DNA of 64,000 nucleotides from Octopus bimaculoides (taxonomy: Eukaryota): positions 11,955,693-12,019,692 of the forward strand of contig NC_068992.1 of assembly GCF_001194135.2 (NCBI RefSeq). The letters are read 5' to 3'. The position numbers and the translations under genes were made by a program. Positions 8,969 to 21,134 of the stretch are shown piece by piece. Position 1 is the stretch's first letter; each line of letters starts with the position of its first letter. The notes under the pieces were generated by a model, which ran no database searches, was not told the origin of the DNA, and was given only the letters and a program-made list of their open reading frames with translations.

Positions 8969-11673
8969 AAGGTAGTTATTGACACTTGACTTGCCCTCAG
9001 ATTTGCACAAAAGTACAGACAAACATTGAATGCGAAAGAGGCACTGAAAACGCACCATCACTACCATCAGCTATAACGACAGCAAATTATTCTTTGAAGC
9101 CTTCTAAGGTTACATAGAGATCTTGAACGCGACACAGTTCCTGATAAAATGGAAGGCATAGATGAGGTATGTTGCAAAATACAAGTCTTAGTTTCCTGAC
9201 GAATTTATTCAGGAAAGGCCAAAGTGAAAGTTGATTTGATACATTACTGCTGTTCAAAATACAAAGGAAGCTAACTTCTTTCCATCGAAAGAAGACGTAG
9301 AATAATCTCTGACCCATATGTGGAAGATTTTATGTTCCATTGACCAGGATAGAGCAAATGAACGTGTGTGTGTCCGGTTTTAAGACTAAAAGAATTCGTT
9401 GTTGAGGCAGACACACAGAAATAGGTGCGCTAACAGCTCAGCAACAACCAGTGAACCCATTAAAGAAAACATAGTTTACGATTATCGATCTTATAATCCA
9501 ACAGGGTGATATTTAATTATATTATTCAATGTAACAATGGCGATCAAGCCGGAGAGGACCTCTTTTTAATCAAGCTGAAAGAACAAACCACTTCACTTAA
9601 TACCAAAGAAAGAAAGAAATATTTGGTTATAACTCCCTACAGGATCTTCCTCAGATTGATTAGTTTGCAAAATTTCTGTTAAGACCAGGCATAATTATGT
9701 GCGTAACATAAGATTACAAATCTCTAACCAAAACCCCAAATTGCTAAACAACACAAAAGCAGCTCGACTAGAAATCAATTGAAAAGAAAGGACTATGTGA
9801 CTTTCGGCTAGAAAATGCCTGTCAAAAGAAATAATATGCTGAGGAGAGGAGCAGTATATCGCACAGACGTGCATCAGATTAAACGGCAATACCTTTACAC
9901 TTTGATATACAGAACAATACAATTCGTTTAGTTTCAGAAATGTGTATAATGACAAAGATTTGAAATGCATTTCGTTTTCTAAAAGGTAAAGAAGAGAAAA
10001 AAACTACACGATCAAATGAAGCATTGTTGTAAAAGTACGATGACATAGAATTTCATATCATAAGCTATAATAGGCAAGGCAGATGTAGCAATCGATACAC
10101 CGCACAGTCAATACATACATCAAATTAACCGACAATACTTTCAAACTTTCATATACGTAACAGCCTTTGCATTTTGGTTTAAAAATAAGCGTAATACTTT
10201 CGATATTCCTTTCCTTTCTAAGAAATGGAGGAATAAAGAAACCCGCGATAAAGTGGGGGTCTTGTTGCGAAAGCAATGGCATTCAATAGCTACAAAGTAA
10301 CCACTGGCAGCTATGGGAAACTGAAAATTTCAGTATCCTAATTCTTCTCGACCATAGTTTAAACAGGAGAGAAGAAACCATCTCGTTGTGCCTTAATCCA
10401 AAGAAACACAAACTTTAAGCTTTCAGATGGTTACGAATGGAGAATAACTGAAGTTGCAGACTATATCATAAGGTAGCAATAAATCACATAATTAAAACCA
10501 AGCTGAAATTTAAGATCAACGTTGACTCCTTCTAACTAGCCAAATACAACTCACAATATAATACGGGTTTCCGATAAACGGATGGTACAGGAGGCCTAGG
10601 AAGACATTCAAATTAAACGTCAGTTTTTGGAACCAAGTCAAGTACAAGAGATTGAAATTATTGCACTTAAGAAAGAAAAACAAATGTTTTCAGTTACGAA
10701 TTACTATCCTTTATGTGTGGTTCACACTCTGAAAATTACTGAAAAGTGGAAGTTCCGATGCCATCATGAGTAAATAGAAGAAATTTAAATTTAAAGCAGA
10801 ACTCATCAGCTGAAGAAATATAATTATACCTACATCTTGTATTGAGTACTTTTTCTTCTCTCGCCCCCCCCCATATACATACACCCCCTTACATCTATAC
10901 ACACACACACGCCATATATATATTCCAACTACAGTTATCTTGCAATTTTATCGCTGACAGCTGACTCTGGTGATACAGAAACATACTTAATAAAACAAAA
11001 GTAATTTCAAAAAATAAAGACACCAGTGAGAAGGAGAAAATGAGTGCATTGGAAGTAATTTCACTTTGAAGGAAGTGTTTCTTTCCTCCATTGCTAAAAT
11101 ATCTGTTTTTAAAGTCGAAAAGGTCACACACCTTTCCACACGTTTTAACTTTTTGACAACTTTTTTTCTTAAATTTCTCTTTAACATATTCCATTTTTTT
11201 TTTCTCCTAGAAGTATTTGTTTTGAGTTGCAGAGACAGCCAAATACTAAAATACTATCACGTCACACTGTAAAATTTGTTTGCTTGCGTTTATATCTCAT
11301 ACTTCATTTTAACCGTTAATGTCTTAAATTAATTTATTTCCTCGGCGGTGTCTTAATTCACATTTTAGTTTTTAATTCTATTTTGGTCAAATGAATTATT
11401 AAACACCAATCCATGTATCTGAAGAGCCGCGAGGTTCCAGACAAAACATGATGAAACATTAAATTCTCTACTGAGGATGTTTGCAAACTGATTTTTACCG
11501 GTGTTGTTATAATATAAAATTTTTTGAAATGTACTAAAGCGACATTTTGACACCGAATTCTTTGGTATGTCAGCAAAAACACGTTAATTGGATCTCCATC
11601 AGTATTTCCAGCTATGGGTGTCAAACTGTTCAATCAATGAATTAGTGTATGAGTAGCTGAATATTCCATAGAT

Positions 11674-11895
11674 ATGTATACCCTTGATGTAATCTCAAGG
11701 AAATTCAGCACAAGGCTTATCTTTCAATAACATGCACAACCCATCCGACGGCTTCTATATAATTTCCGTCGACCCAATTTCACTTGTAATTTATAGGTAC
11801 CCGAGGCTACAGAAAATAATTTTTGATTCCAAAAGCTACGCAGCAGAATCAAAACCGGGACCTTTGAAATTTGATGCGAACTTCTTAACTATACG
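11674..11895 (-). mobile_element. Degenerate family C SINE with a family-A-like tail module
   Basis: The family C body (GGCTTC...TTTCCGTCGACC...ACCCGAGGCTACAG...) is recognisable. The reverse complement of 11674-11721 resembles 61545-61596. Confidence 0.55.
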
Positions 11896-11938
11896 TACAT
11901 TTTCGTAACTTCAACAAATATATTTGTTGATAGACAGT

Positions 11939-12006
<68 letters not shown>

Positions 12007-12019
12007 CAACATTGTCTCC

Positions 12020-12380
12020 CGCACAGTTTCCTTCAATGGAATTGACTCACAAGGAAATGGCTGGCTCGGGAGGTTGTAGTCTTCCTTGGTATATTCGAAA
12101 TTAGTAATCTTCCTTGGATAAGATCGTTTAAGTTGTACGTACAGTGGGACGAAACTCACAAGCACGAAGATGTGATGGAAATGTAGTGACCCTTGGTGAT
12201 CAAGCAGGAAAGCAAAACGAAAAAGGAATCTAAGGAGAGTAATCCCTTTCGACCTTCTAGAATATTCGAAAATTTTCGAGAAGGTCGAGGGAGATTACAC
12301 TCGTTAGATCCCTTTTTCGTTTTGCTTTCCTGCTTGACCGCCAGGGGTCACTACAGAAGCTTGTTAATCAAGCAGTTTTG
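12020..12380 (-). mobile_element. Degenerate family C SINE interrupted by a palindromic MITE
   Basis: CAGTTTCCTTC...ACTCACAAGG, CAGTGGGAC and ATGTGATG lie before the MITE; GAAGCTTGTTAATC resumes after it. Confidence 0.5.
12182..12355. mobile_element. 174-bp fold-back MITE with TGT...ACA termini (Ginger-like ends)
   Basis: 85-bp arms with about 11 mismatches around a 4-nt centre. Flanks GAAA/GAAG look like a 4-bp TSD. Superfamily inferred from the termini only. Confidence 0.85.
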
Positions 12381-12801
12381 CCCGCAAATATGTTTGATTA
12401 ATTTTTAACTTTAAGTATCATATAAGTTCAGTTTCTATTCATCTTTTAATTTGATTGATAACATTTGTTATTGACAAACTTATTTTAAACAATAGGTGTA
12501 CATTCTAAAATAATTAGAAAGGTTATAAAACGTTATTTTAAATAGGACCATAGAAAACGAAGAGTTGCACATCTGGAAATAGTTTTATATAAAACAAAAT
12601 GTTTTAATAAGAATTTCTAGCCAGTAGCCATTCTATTCAATTTGTTATGGTCAGGTGTGCGGAAGCTATCAAAGAAAGGCGTTCAAAACATTATCTTTGA
12701 CTAAAATGGGAATTTTTTTAATGTGTCTGTATGTGTGAACACGCGCACACATGTTGCAGCATACACATACATCTACATGTATTATATATATATATATATA
12801 T

Positions 12802-12998
12802 GTAACCTCGTGGGCATCGGTACCATTTTCCTCTTTCTCCGTTCTTCCATTCTCCGAACTTTCCATCTTTCCGACGAAGGGCTACGCCCGAAACGTCATA
12901 CACTCTCTCTTTCCTTTCCTGAGCGTCCAATAATACTATCCATATCACGTCCTCACCTTGTTGTTTTTTTGTTTTTTTGTTATTGTGTTTTTGAACTA
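12802..12998 (+). mobile_element. Pyrimidine-rich non-coding element, family D, with hammerhead-like motif
   Basis: Homologous to 5079-5190. Shares (C/T)GAGCGTC..A.TAATAC with 49745-49925. Ends in (TA)n. Confidence 0.65.
12867..12901 (+). ncRNA. Hammerhead-like motif, U4C core variant
   Basis: CUUU-CCGACGA-A-GGGC[UAC]GCCC-GAAA-CG-UC-AUAC. Stem II and the ACGU palindrome are intact; stem I is weak in this copy. Confidence 0.55.
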
Positions 12999-13430
12999 TA
13001 TATNNNNNNNNNNNNNNNNNNNNNNNNNNNNNNNNNNNNNNNNNNNNNNNNNNNNNNNNNNNNNNNNNNNNNNNNNNNNNNNNNNNNNNNNNNNNNNNNN
13101 NNNNNNNNNNNNNNNNNNNNNNNNNNNNNNNNNNNNNNNNNNNNNNNNNNNNNNNNNNNNNNNNNNNNNNNNNNNNNNNNNNNNNNNNNNNNNNNNNNNN
13201 NNNNNNNNNNNNNNNNNNNNNNNNNNNNNNNNNNNNNNNNNNNNNNNNNNNNNNNNNNNNNNNNNNNNNNNNNNNNNNNNNNNNNNNNNNNNNNNNNNNN
13301 NNNNNNNNNNNNNNNNNNNNNNNNNNNNNNNNNNNNNNNNNNNNNNNNNNNNNNNNNNNNNNNNNNNNNNNNNNNNNNNNNNNNNNNNNNNNNNNNNNNN
13401 NNNNNNNNNNNNNNNNNNTATACATATATA

Positions 13431-13481
13431 CGACAGGCTTCTTTCAGTTTCCGTCTACCGAATCCACTCGCAAGTTCGGCC
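13431..13481 (-). mobile_element. SINE family C fragment
   Basis: CGACAGGCTTCTTTCAGTTTCCGTCTACCGAATCCACTC is near-identical to 52671-52710. Confidence 0.75.
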
Positions 13482-14620
13482 TCATCAATCAAAAACTGGT
13501 AATTGTTTAAGAAAAAGAAATTGAAAGAGAAACGATAAAAAAAAGACACGAAAAGGATATGACACGGTGAGAAAGCAATGTACAGTCAGTTTGCAAAAGA
13601 TAGGAGAACTTAGTCTGATGCAGATACTTATTGCGAGAACCGATCTGAAATCTTTTCCTCTCCCCGCATGCTAAATCGAACCATAAACATCTTTCAGGAA
13701 TTTTCTGTCTGTGCTGGCGTCGGATTTTTAATTCTCCCAGTATTCTTGTTAAGACATCGATAGATCACTTTTCTGAGATCTGAATCTTTCCGTAAAATGG
13801 CAGAACAAAGATATTAGGTTTCACCAGGCATTTTCTTAAATTATTCCTAAACTCATGTTGTTCGAAAGTGTATTCCACCAATCTGTTTTGAGTAATTATG
13901 GCGGAAGATGTGCTGTAGGTCTTGTTGTTGTAGATAGGTAGATAAGTAGGTAGGTAGGTAGGTAGGTAGGTAGGTGGTGGTGGTTGTGTTGCTGTTGGTG
14001 GTGGTGGTGTGGTCGTGATAGCTTCGATTTTTCTTCGTAAAAATTTTTCATTTTTCGTTCGTCTTAAAATTTGGTGTTTACGTTAATAGTAATGGTAGAG
14101 GCTTCGATGTTTTCTTTGCTATTTTTTCTTTCGTTTTCAGTTCGTCTTCACATCTGTTGTTTTGTTGTTGGTGCTGTTGTTGCTGCTGTTAATGTTGTTG
14201 TTTGTGGCGGTCGTGATAATTTTCCATTTTCTGTTTATCTTCAAATGTATTTTATTTTACGTTGTCGTCTATTTTCACTGCGACGACATAGCGCATCCCA
14301 CTCATACTTTCCACTTCGTTCTGATAACATTCCACACACTCTTCCCCATCTCTCTAAATCAAGCTTCACCGTGTTGTCTAAAGTTTTCTTCGTGGAGAGA
14401 GAAAATAAATTACCATTACAGAAACGAAAGTAAATGGAAATGTCTCCCAAAAATGGGAGGCGGCGTATAAAAACAAATTCGTCAGTCAACGGCAAAGAAC
14501 TCGTCTCCTGCGATGGTTTCATTTTCGAGACTAAATACAAAAAGGTTTCCGTGATTTGCACTCGATACATGTAAGAAAATTACAGAGCTTATATCGAACG
14601 TAACTTCCGGGACTGAAACC

Positions 14621-14692
<72 letters not shown>
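14621..14692. repeat. (AAT)n microsatellite abutting an R4/Dong fragment
   Basis: Directly visible. Confidence 0.97.
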
Positions 14693-15050
14693 CAATACCA
14701 GCAAATGACAACGTTTCCCTAAAAGAAATGGAAAAACTTTCAAAATACAAAGACCTGGAAATAGAGGTAACTCGAATGTGGAATCTAAAAACAGAAACAA
14801 TTCCTATCATAGTAGGTGCCTTAGGTATAATAAAAAAATATTCCGACAAATACATAACAAAAACACCAGGACTTACAAATATATATAACATACAGAAAAT
14901 TGTACTGCTGGGCACTGCACACATCCTACGCAAAACACTTTCAATACAGTAACCATAAGAGCATCACAGCAAACCACAGCACATACCCAAGGCACACAGA
15001 GCTGCACTCGGTAGTGAAGTGAAAGCACGTTATAAAAATAAAACTACTGA
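14693..15050 (+). mobile_element. 5'-truncated R4/Dong-clade non-LTR retrotransposon (RLE C-terminus plus 3' UTR)
   Basis: IPANDNVSLKEMEKLSKYKDLEIEVTRMWNLKTETIPIIVGALG...QKIVLLGTAHILRKTLSIQ*, about 100-nt 3' UTR and (AAT) on both sides. Second copy at 57977. Confidence 0.9.
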
Positions 15051-15229
15051 ATAATAATGATAAATATATTCATAATTACCTCAGTTTTCCACAGGAGTGT
15101 CCGTAGAAACACTGGATAGAACAGTGAAAATGAAGCTGGACATTTGAGGGAAGGCTTCTCGCTCGGCAGTGGTTCAGTAAAGATGCAGACCGACCACAGC
15201 TGTTATCCTAATACAGCATCAACAGATAA

Positions 15230-15855
15230 TAGAGTAAGGAGGCAGAAGTGGACCAGCGAAGAAAAGACAGGATAGTGATGCAGTGATACTAAGAAAGTGG
15301 GCCTTAAAGAAGGGGCTATAGAAAATGGATGTTAACACTTTGGGTAGAGAAAGGTATGTTTAAAGCGACTGAGCAGTGATAAGTAGATCTGACTGGCAGG
15401 ATCTAGCAATTAAATTACAGAGACTATGGAAAGTGTGGGTAAAATGTAACTCAGTAGTTATAGGTGCATTGGGAAGTATCCCTAAAGATTTGAACACATG
15501 GATGGAGGAAATAGTCATAAAACCCAGTTAAGGAGGGACAAACAAGAGTGCGTAGTAAGTGACGTGGCAGTGCTAGGAGATCAACATATCATCATGAAAG
15601 ACAAAAGGTTGATAAATATGGAGACTTGAGAATTGAGATCGCTAAGAAGTGGCAGCTACGAGAGTCAAACATAAAGGTTATCCCAATTGTCATCGGAGCA
15701 TTGGGTTCAATACCATCCAATCTGAAAAAAAAAAAAAACATCTAAAAACCTTAGAAATACCCTACAATCTAGATGTATTGAAAAAGTCGACATTACTTAG
15801 AACTGCACGCATATTGCGTAAAGTACTGTCTGTTTTAGGTCCTTGTTGTGACTTG
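15230..15855 (+). pseudogene. Mosaic of older R4/Dong-like fragments
   Basis: N-terminal-like RRQKWTSEE...GYRK...GMFKATEQ, then RLWKV...VVIGALGSIPKDL, then DVAVLGD...KYGDLRIEIAKKW...IPIVIGALGSIP...TARILRKVLSV. Confidence 0.7.
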
Positions 15856-15884
15856 ACCATGCCTACTCATTGATATGACAAGCA

Positions 15885-15985
15885 AAGTCGACCTCAGCGG
15901 AATTTGAAGTCAGAACATAGCGGCAGACGAAATACCGCTAAGAATTTCGCCCGGCGTGCTAACGATTCTGCCATCTCACCACCTA
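15885..15985 (-). mobile_element. SINE family B head
   Basis: AAAGTCGACCTCAGCGGAATTTGAAGTCAGAAC...GAAATACCGCTAAG...CCCGGCGTGCTAACGATTCTGCCA matches 135-230. Confidence 0.8.
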
Positions 15986-15995
15986 AATGATGTTG

Positions 15996-16063
<68 letters not shown>

Positions 16064-16418
16064 TAATAAATAAATAAATAAACTTGTAATAAAATATATA
16101 CTATAATGAAATAAATTACTAACTGAATGAATAATATAACAAAACAAAACAAATGAAAATATAGAAAAAAAGCCATAACTCTCCGTGTATAAACGAGAGA
16201 ATAATGGTATTCGATGGAATTCCTTACCAGGAGTGTAAGCATGTTTATGGACATTATTAGAGACATTCCGTCTGAGAAAAAAATAATAATAAGAGGGGAG
16301 GTGTTAATTCATTTTCCACTTGAGTCTAAACGAGAAATATAAATTATGATGGAAAATATCAATAAATGGAGAAAACAAGCCCATTTTCTCTTTCCCAGGC
16401 TACTCACTTCTTCACACT

Positions 16419-16457
<39 letters not shown>

Positions 16458-17115
16458 CCACTTTCTCTCTCTTTCTCCCACTTTCTCTCTCTCCCTCCCT
16501 ATATCTCTCTCTATCTATCTATCCATCTGCTGGCGGCTATTTTCTCTCGTCTTTCACCCACGCGCTGTCCATCCTCGCCATCTCTTTTTCTGCCAATATT
16601 TGTCTGTGTGCTTTTTTGGTTTTTTTTTTTACCTTCGTTATATATTTGTGTTCTTTTCAATTGTTGCTAGCTTTTTTTTTTATATTTCTATCATACATGC
16701 ATAGATGCGTGTATAGTGTATATACACACAATGTTTCTCACTCTCCCTTTAACATCCAGACACATTCAGACAATATATATACATACATATCAATACACAT
16801 TATATTAACATACACACATATGTTGTTTCATATGTATGTGTATATGATATATATATATATATANNNNNNNNNNNNNNNNNNNNNNNNNNNNNNNNNNNNN
16901 NNNNNNNNNNNNNNNNNNNNNNNNNNNNNNNNNNNNNNNNNNNNNNNNNNNNNNNNNNNNNNNNNNNNNNNNNNNNNNNNNNNNNNNNNNNNNNNNNNNN
17001 NNNNNNNNNNNNNNNNNNNNNNNNNNNNNNNNNNNNNNNNNNNNNNNNNNNNNNNNNNNNNNNNNNNNNNNNNNNNNNNNNNNNNNNNNNNNNNNNNNNN
17101 NNNNNTATATATAAT

Positions 17116-17148
<33 letters not shown>

Positions 17149-17632
17149 GTCCCAGCTCCATAACACAACATATACCAAACTATTAATAAGGCAATAACAA
17201 TTTTCAACAATTTACCGTGAAGTTCTGAAAATTTGGATGTTTTATATTTAATGTACACACCGTAAAATGGTGTAAATATCTATAGACATTAGAAACACTA
17301 TTTCGAGGCAACACAGATCAACAGGTACATTATCAGACACAATGTAAACTACCACAATAACAGTAAGAAGAACTATTATTTTCTGAAGAGAACGAAATGC
17401 TCATATGCTCTCTGTTTATATATTTCTTACTATTTCATCCGTTCTTAGTTCAAATCCCGCCGCGGTTCACTGTGATTCCGATCGTTTCGATGGGAGGCAC
17501 AGTAAAATACGTATCAGTCGAATTCTCAGGTTAGTCTGATTTCACTAACCGTCGCTAGCTTCAATGTTGATCATTATTAGTGACATTTTTCTTTTCAATT
17601 CTATTTCAAAATATTCTGGTTGCTGCTGCAAT

Positions 17633-17725
<93 letters not shown>

Positions 17726-18089
17726 CACTACTACTAACTACATGCGTTTTGAGGACATGGTAGTATTTAAATCAGCCCATCTGCACGTATGTATACCTAT
17801 CTCTTCCTTTTATTGTTATTTAAAAAAATATTCTATAGAAGACACGAATTTCAAACATATAAAAAAATATCCATCATTGAGATCGTTGACCAGAAATATA
17901 CGAGAGTTAATTACACATTGAATATTAGAAAAATTGAATACATTTTCACTTCTCTGTTTACAGATTCAATTTTTAGTAGTAAAGTGGCTCCTTTTTCCCC
18001 CCAGAAAGCAACAAGTTTAACCAAATTATGTATATCCGCATATATGGACTGATGGACGGACGTATGGACTGGTGGATGAATGGATGTAA

Positions 18090-18280
18090 GGATTTTATAT
18101 TGGTTTTAAATTTTAGCACAAGGCTAACGATTTCGAGGGAATGGCTGAGTCGATTACAACTGGTGTTCATTTTATCGACCCCGAAAGGATGAAAAGCAAA
18201 ATTGGCTTTAGGAGAATTTGAACTCAGAACGAAATGCCGGTGATCATTTCGCCCAGCGTGTTAACGATTCTGCCGCGTTT
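18090..18280 (-). mobile_element. SINE family B
   Basis: GCACAAGG...TTTTATCGACCCCGAAAGGATGAAA...GAATTTGAACTCAG...GTTAACGATTCTGCC. Confidence 0.75.
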
Positions 18281-18354
18281 GTAGAAATGTTATATTGGAT
18301 AGAGGCATAATACACATCTTCTAAGACTGACTAATTATAACATTGACTAATTTA

Positions 18355-18470
18355 AGGTGGCAAGTTGGCAAAATTGTTAGTGAGTCAGGTAGAAAACTTC
18401 GCAATATATGTTCCGGCACTCTATGCAAAGTTCGACTTGACCTTTCATACTTCCAGGGTCGGCAAAAATA
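18355..18470 (+). mobile_element. SINE family B, degenerate
   Basis: AAGGTGGCAAGTTGGCAAAATTGTTAG...TCGACTTGACCTTTCATACTTCCAGGGTCG. Confidence 0.55.
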
Positions 18471-18499
18471 TGTAGCATAGGTTGTGCGGAAAAGAAGTT

Positions 18500-18600
18500 C
18501 CCTTTGTAACCACGTGGTGTCGGGTTTAGCCCCCGTGCGTGGCACCTTTCAGTGTGTCTTCTGCTAGGATCCGGATCGACCAATGCCTTGACAAAAGTTA
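18500..18600 (+). mobile_element. SINE family C fragment
   Basis: CCACGTGGTGTCGGGTTTAGCCCCCGTGCGTGGCACCTT...GTGTCTTCT...GACCAATGCCTTG, the sense version of 20969-21128. Confidence 0.6.
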
Positions 18601-18652
18601 GTTAGTTTACGGTACGATGTTATGAAGGACCAAGAACTAAGTACTAATGTGT

Positions 18653-18708
<56 letters not shown>

Positions 18709-18725
18709 TTTTCTANNNNNNNNNN

Positions 18726-18776
<51 letters not shown>

Positions 18777-18976
18777 TTTTCTATCAATCTACCTATCTAT
18801 CTATCACTATTTTTTCTGCATATAAATATTGATGCACCGGACTGCAGATCTTGCAAGAGTAATTTCACGATCCACTGTCCTAATTGGTTGATTAAGAAAA
18901 ATATTAGATTCGACGTACTTTTGACAAACGAGTGTGGTGTGTACTTTTATGTTTTAGACTAAACAATAAGCAGAAG

Positions 18977-19011
<35 letters not shown>

Positions 19012-20077
19012 NNNNNNNNNNNNNNNNNNNNNNNNNNNNNNNNNNNNNNNNNNNNNNNNNNNNNNNNNNNNNNNNNNNNNNNNNNNNNNNNNNNNNNNNN
19101 NNNNNNNNNNNNNNNNNNNNNNNNNNNNNNNNNNNNNNNNNNNNNNNNNNNNNNNNNNNNNNNNNNNNNNNNNNNNNNNNNNNNNNNNNNNNNNNNNNNN
19201 NNNNNNNNNNNNNNNNNNNNNNNNNNNNNNNNNNNNNNNNNNNNNNNNNNNNNNNNNNNNNNNNNNNNNNNNNNNNNNNNNNNNNNNNNNNNNNNNNNNN
19301 NNNNNNNNNNNNNNNNNNNNNNNNNNNNNNNNNNNNNNNNNNNNNNNNNNNNNNNNNNNNNNNNNNNNNNNNNNNNNNNNNNNNNNNNNNNNNNNNNNNN
19401 NNNNNNNNNNNNNNNNNNNNNNNNNNNNNNNNNNNNNNNNNNNNNNNNNNNNNNNNNNNNNNNNNNNNNNNNNNNNNNNNNNNNNNNNNNNNNNNNNNNN
19501 NNNNNNNNNNNNNNNNNNNNNNNNNNNNNNNNNNNNNNNNNNNNNNNNNNNNNNNNNNNNNNNNNNNNNNNNNNNNNNNNNNNNNNNNNNNNNNNNNNNN
19601 NNNNNNNNNNNNNNNNNNNNNNNNNNNNNNNNNNNNNNNNNNNNATATATATATATATATATATATATAGGGATATGAATATGGGTGTGTGTAGTGAGTA
19701 ACAAGACAATATCATTTTTAATCATGTTAATATCCGTTTTCTAATACTCCACAACCTGCCTGTATCCCTCTGTTCTTGTTAGTCCCATACACTAATCATC
19801 GCACCACCATTCTTCTATTCCTACTTTGAATTCTTCCCGCACCTTGCTATTCTTCCCCACCCCCTGCACCTCTTCGTCTTCATCGTTACCACCAACACCA
19901 CAGCCACCACACCACCATTATCCTCTTCCTAATCATCATCATGCCCATTATCATCTTCGCCATTGTCGTCTACATTATCAATATTAGTGCAGTCATGTAC
20001 TATTCCGCACCTAGGTAGCGTAGAAATCATATACACACACGCATGCACGCACGCACGCACACACACACACACACACG

Positions 20078-20120
<43 letters not shown>

Positions 20121-20968
20121 NNNNNNNNNNNNNNNNNNNNNNNNNNNNNNNNNNNNNNNNNNNNNNNNNNNNNNNNNNNNNNNNNNNNNNNNNNNNNNNN
20201 NNNNNNNNNNNNNNNNNNNNNNNNNNNNNNNNNNNNNNNNNNNNNNNNNNNNNNNNNNNNNNNNNNNNNNNNNNNNNNNNNNNNNNNNNNNNNNNNNNNN
20301 NNNNNNNNNNNNNNNNNNNNNNNNNNNNNNNNNNNNNNNNNNNNNNNNNNNNNNNNNNNNNNNNNNNNNNNNNNNNNNNNNNNNNNNNNNNNNNNNNNNN
20401 NNNNNNNNNNNNNNNNNNNNNNNNNNNNNNNNNNNNNNNNNNNNNNNNNNNNNNNNNNNNNNNNNNNNNNNNNNNNNNNNNNNNNNNNNNNNNNNNNNNN
20501 NNNNNNNNNNNNNNNNNNNNNNNNNNNNNNNNNNNNNNNNNNNNNNNNNNNNNNNNNNNNNNNNNNNNNNNNNNNNNNNNNNNNNNNNNNNNNNNNNNNN
20601 NNNNNNNNNNNNNNNNNNNNNNNNNNNNNNNNNNNNNNNNNNNNNNNNNNNNNNNNNNNNNNNNNNNNNNNNNNNNNNNNNNNNNNNNNNNNNNNNNNNN
20701 NNNNNNNNNNNNNNNNNNNNNNNNNNNNNNNNNNNNNNNNNNNNNNNNNNNNNNNNNNNNNNNNNNNNNNNNNNNNNNNNNNNNNNNNNNNNNNNNNNNN
20801 NNNNNNNNNNNNNNNNNNNNNNNNNNNNNNNNNNNNNNNNNNNNNNNNNNNNNNNNNNNNNNNNNNNNNNNNNNNNNNNNNNNNNNNNNNNNNNNNNNNN
20901 NNNNNNNNNNNNNNNNNNNNNNNNNNNNNNNNNNNNNNNNNNNNNNNNNNTATATATATACATTTATA

Positions 20969-21128
20969 CGATGGGCTTCTTTCAGTTTCCGTCTACCAAA
21001 TCCACTCACAAGGATTTGGTCGGCCCGAGGTTATAGTAGAAGACACTTACCCAAGGTACTACGCAGTGGGACTGAACGCGGAACCATGTGTTTGGTAAGC
21101 AAGCTGCTTACCACACAGCCACTCCTGC
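20969..21128 (-). mobile_element. tRNA-derived SINE family C (CORE-like central box)
   Basis: Sense strand reads GCAGGAGTGGCTGTGTGG...GGTTCCGCGTTCAGTCCC (B box)...CCTTGGGTAAGTGTCTTCT. Close copies at 38718 and 52671. Confidence 0.9.
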
Positions 21129-21134
21129 AAATAT

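Noticed and set aside
9080-9980. Possible very old LINE RT remnant
   Set aside because: Only vague motif echoes; no conserved motif could be read with confidence.
12944-12965. Similarity of the family D tail (GTCCTCACCTTGTT) to the antisense tail of the 8.4-kb element (GTCCTCATCTTGTT)
   Set aside because: Only about 14 nt, low complexity and opposite orientation relative to the ribozyme; insufficient to claim homology.
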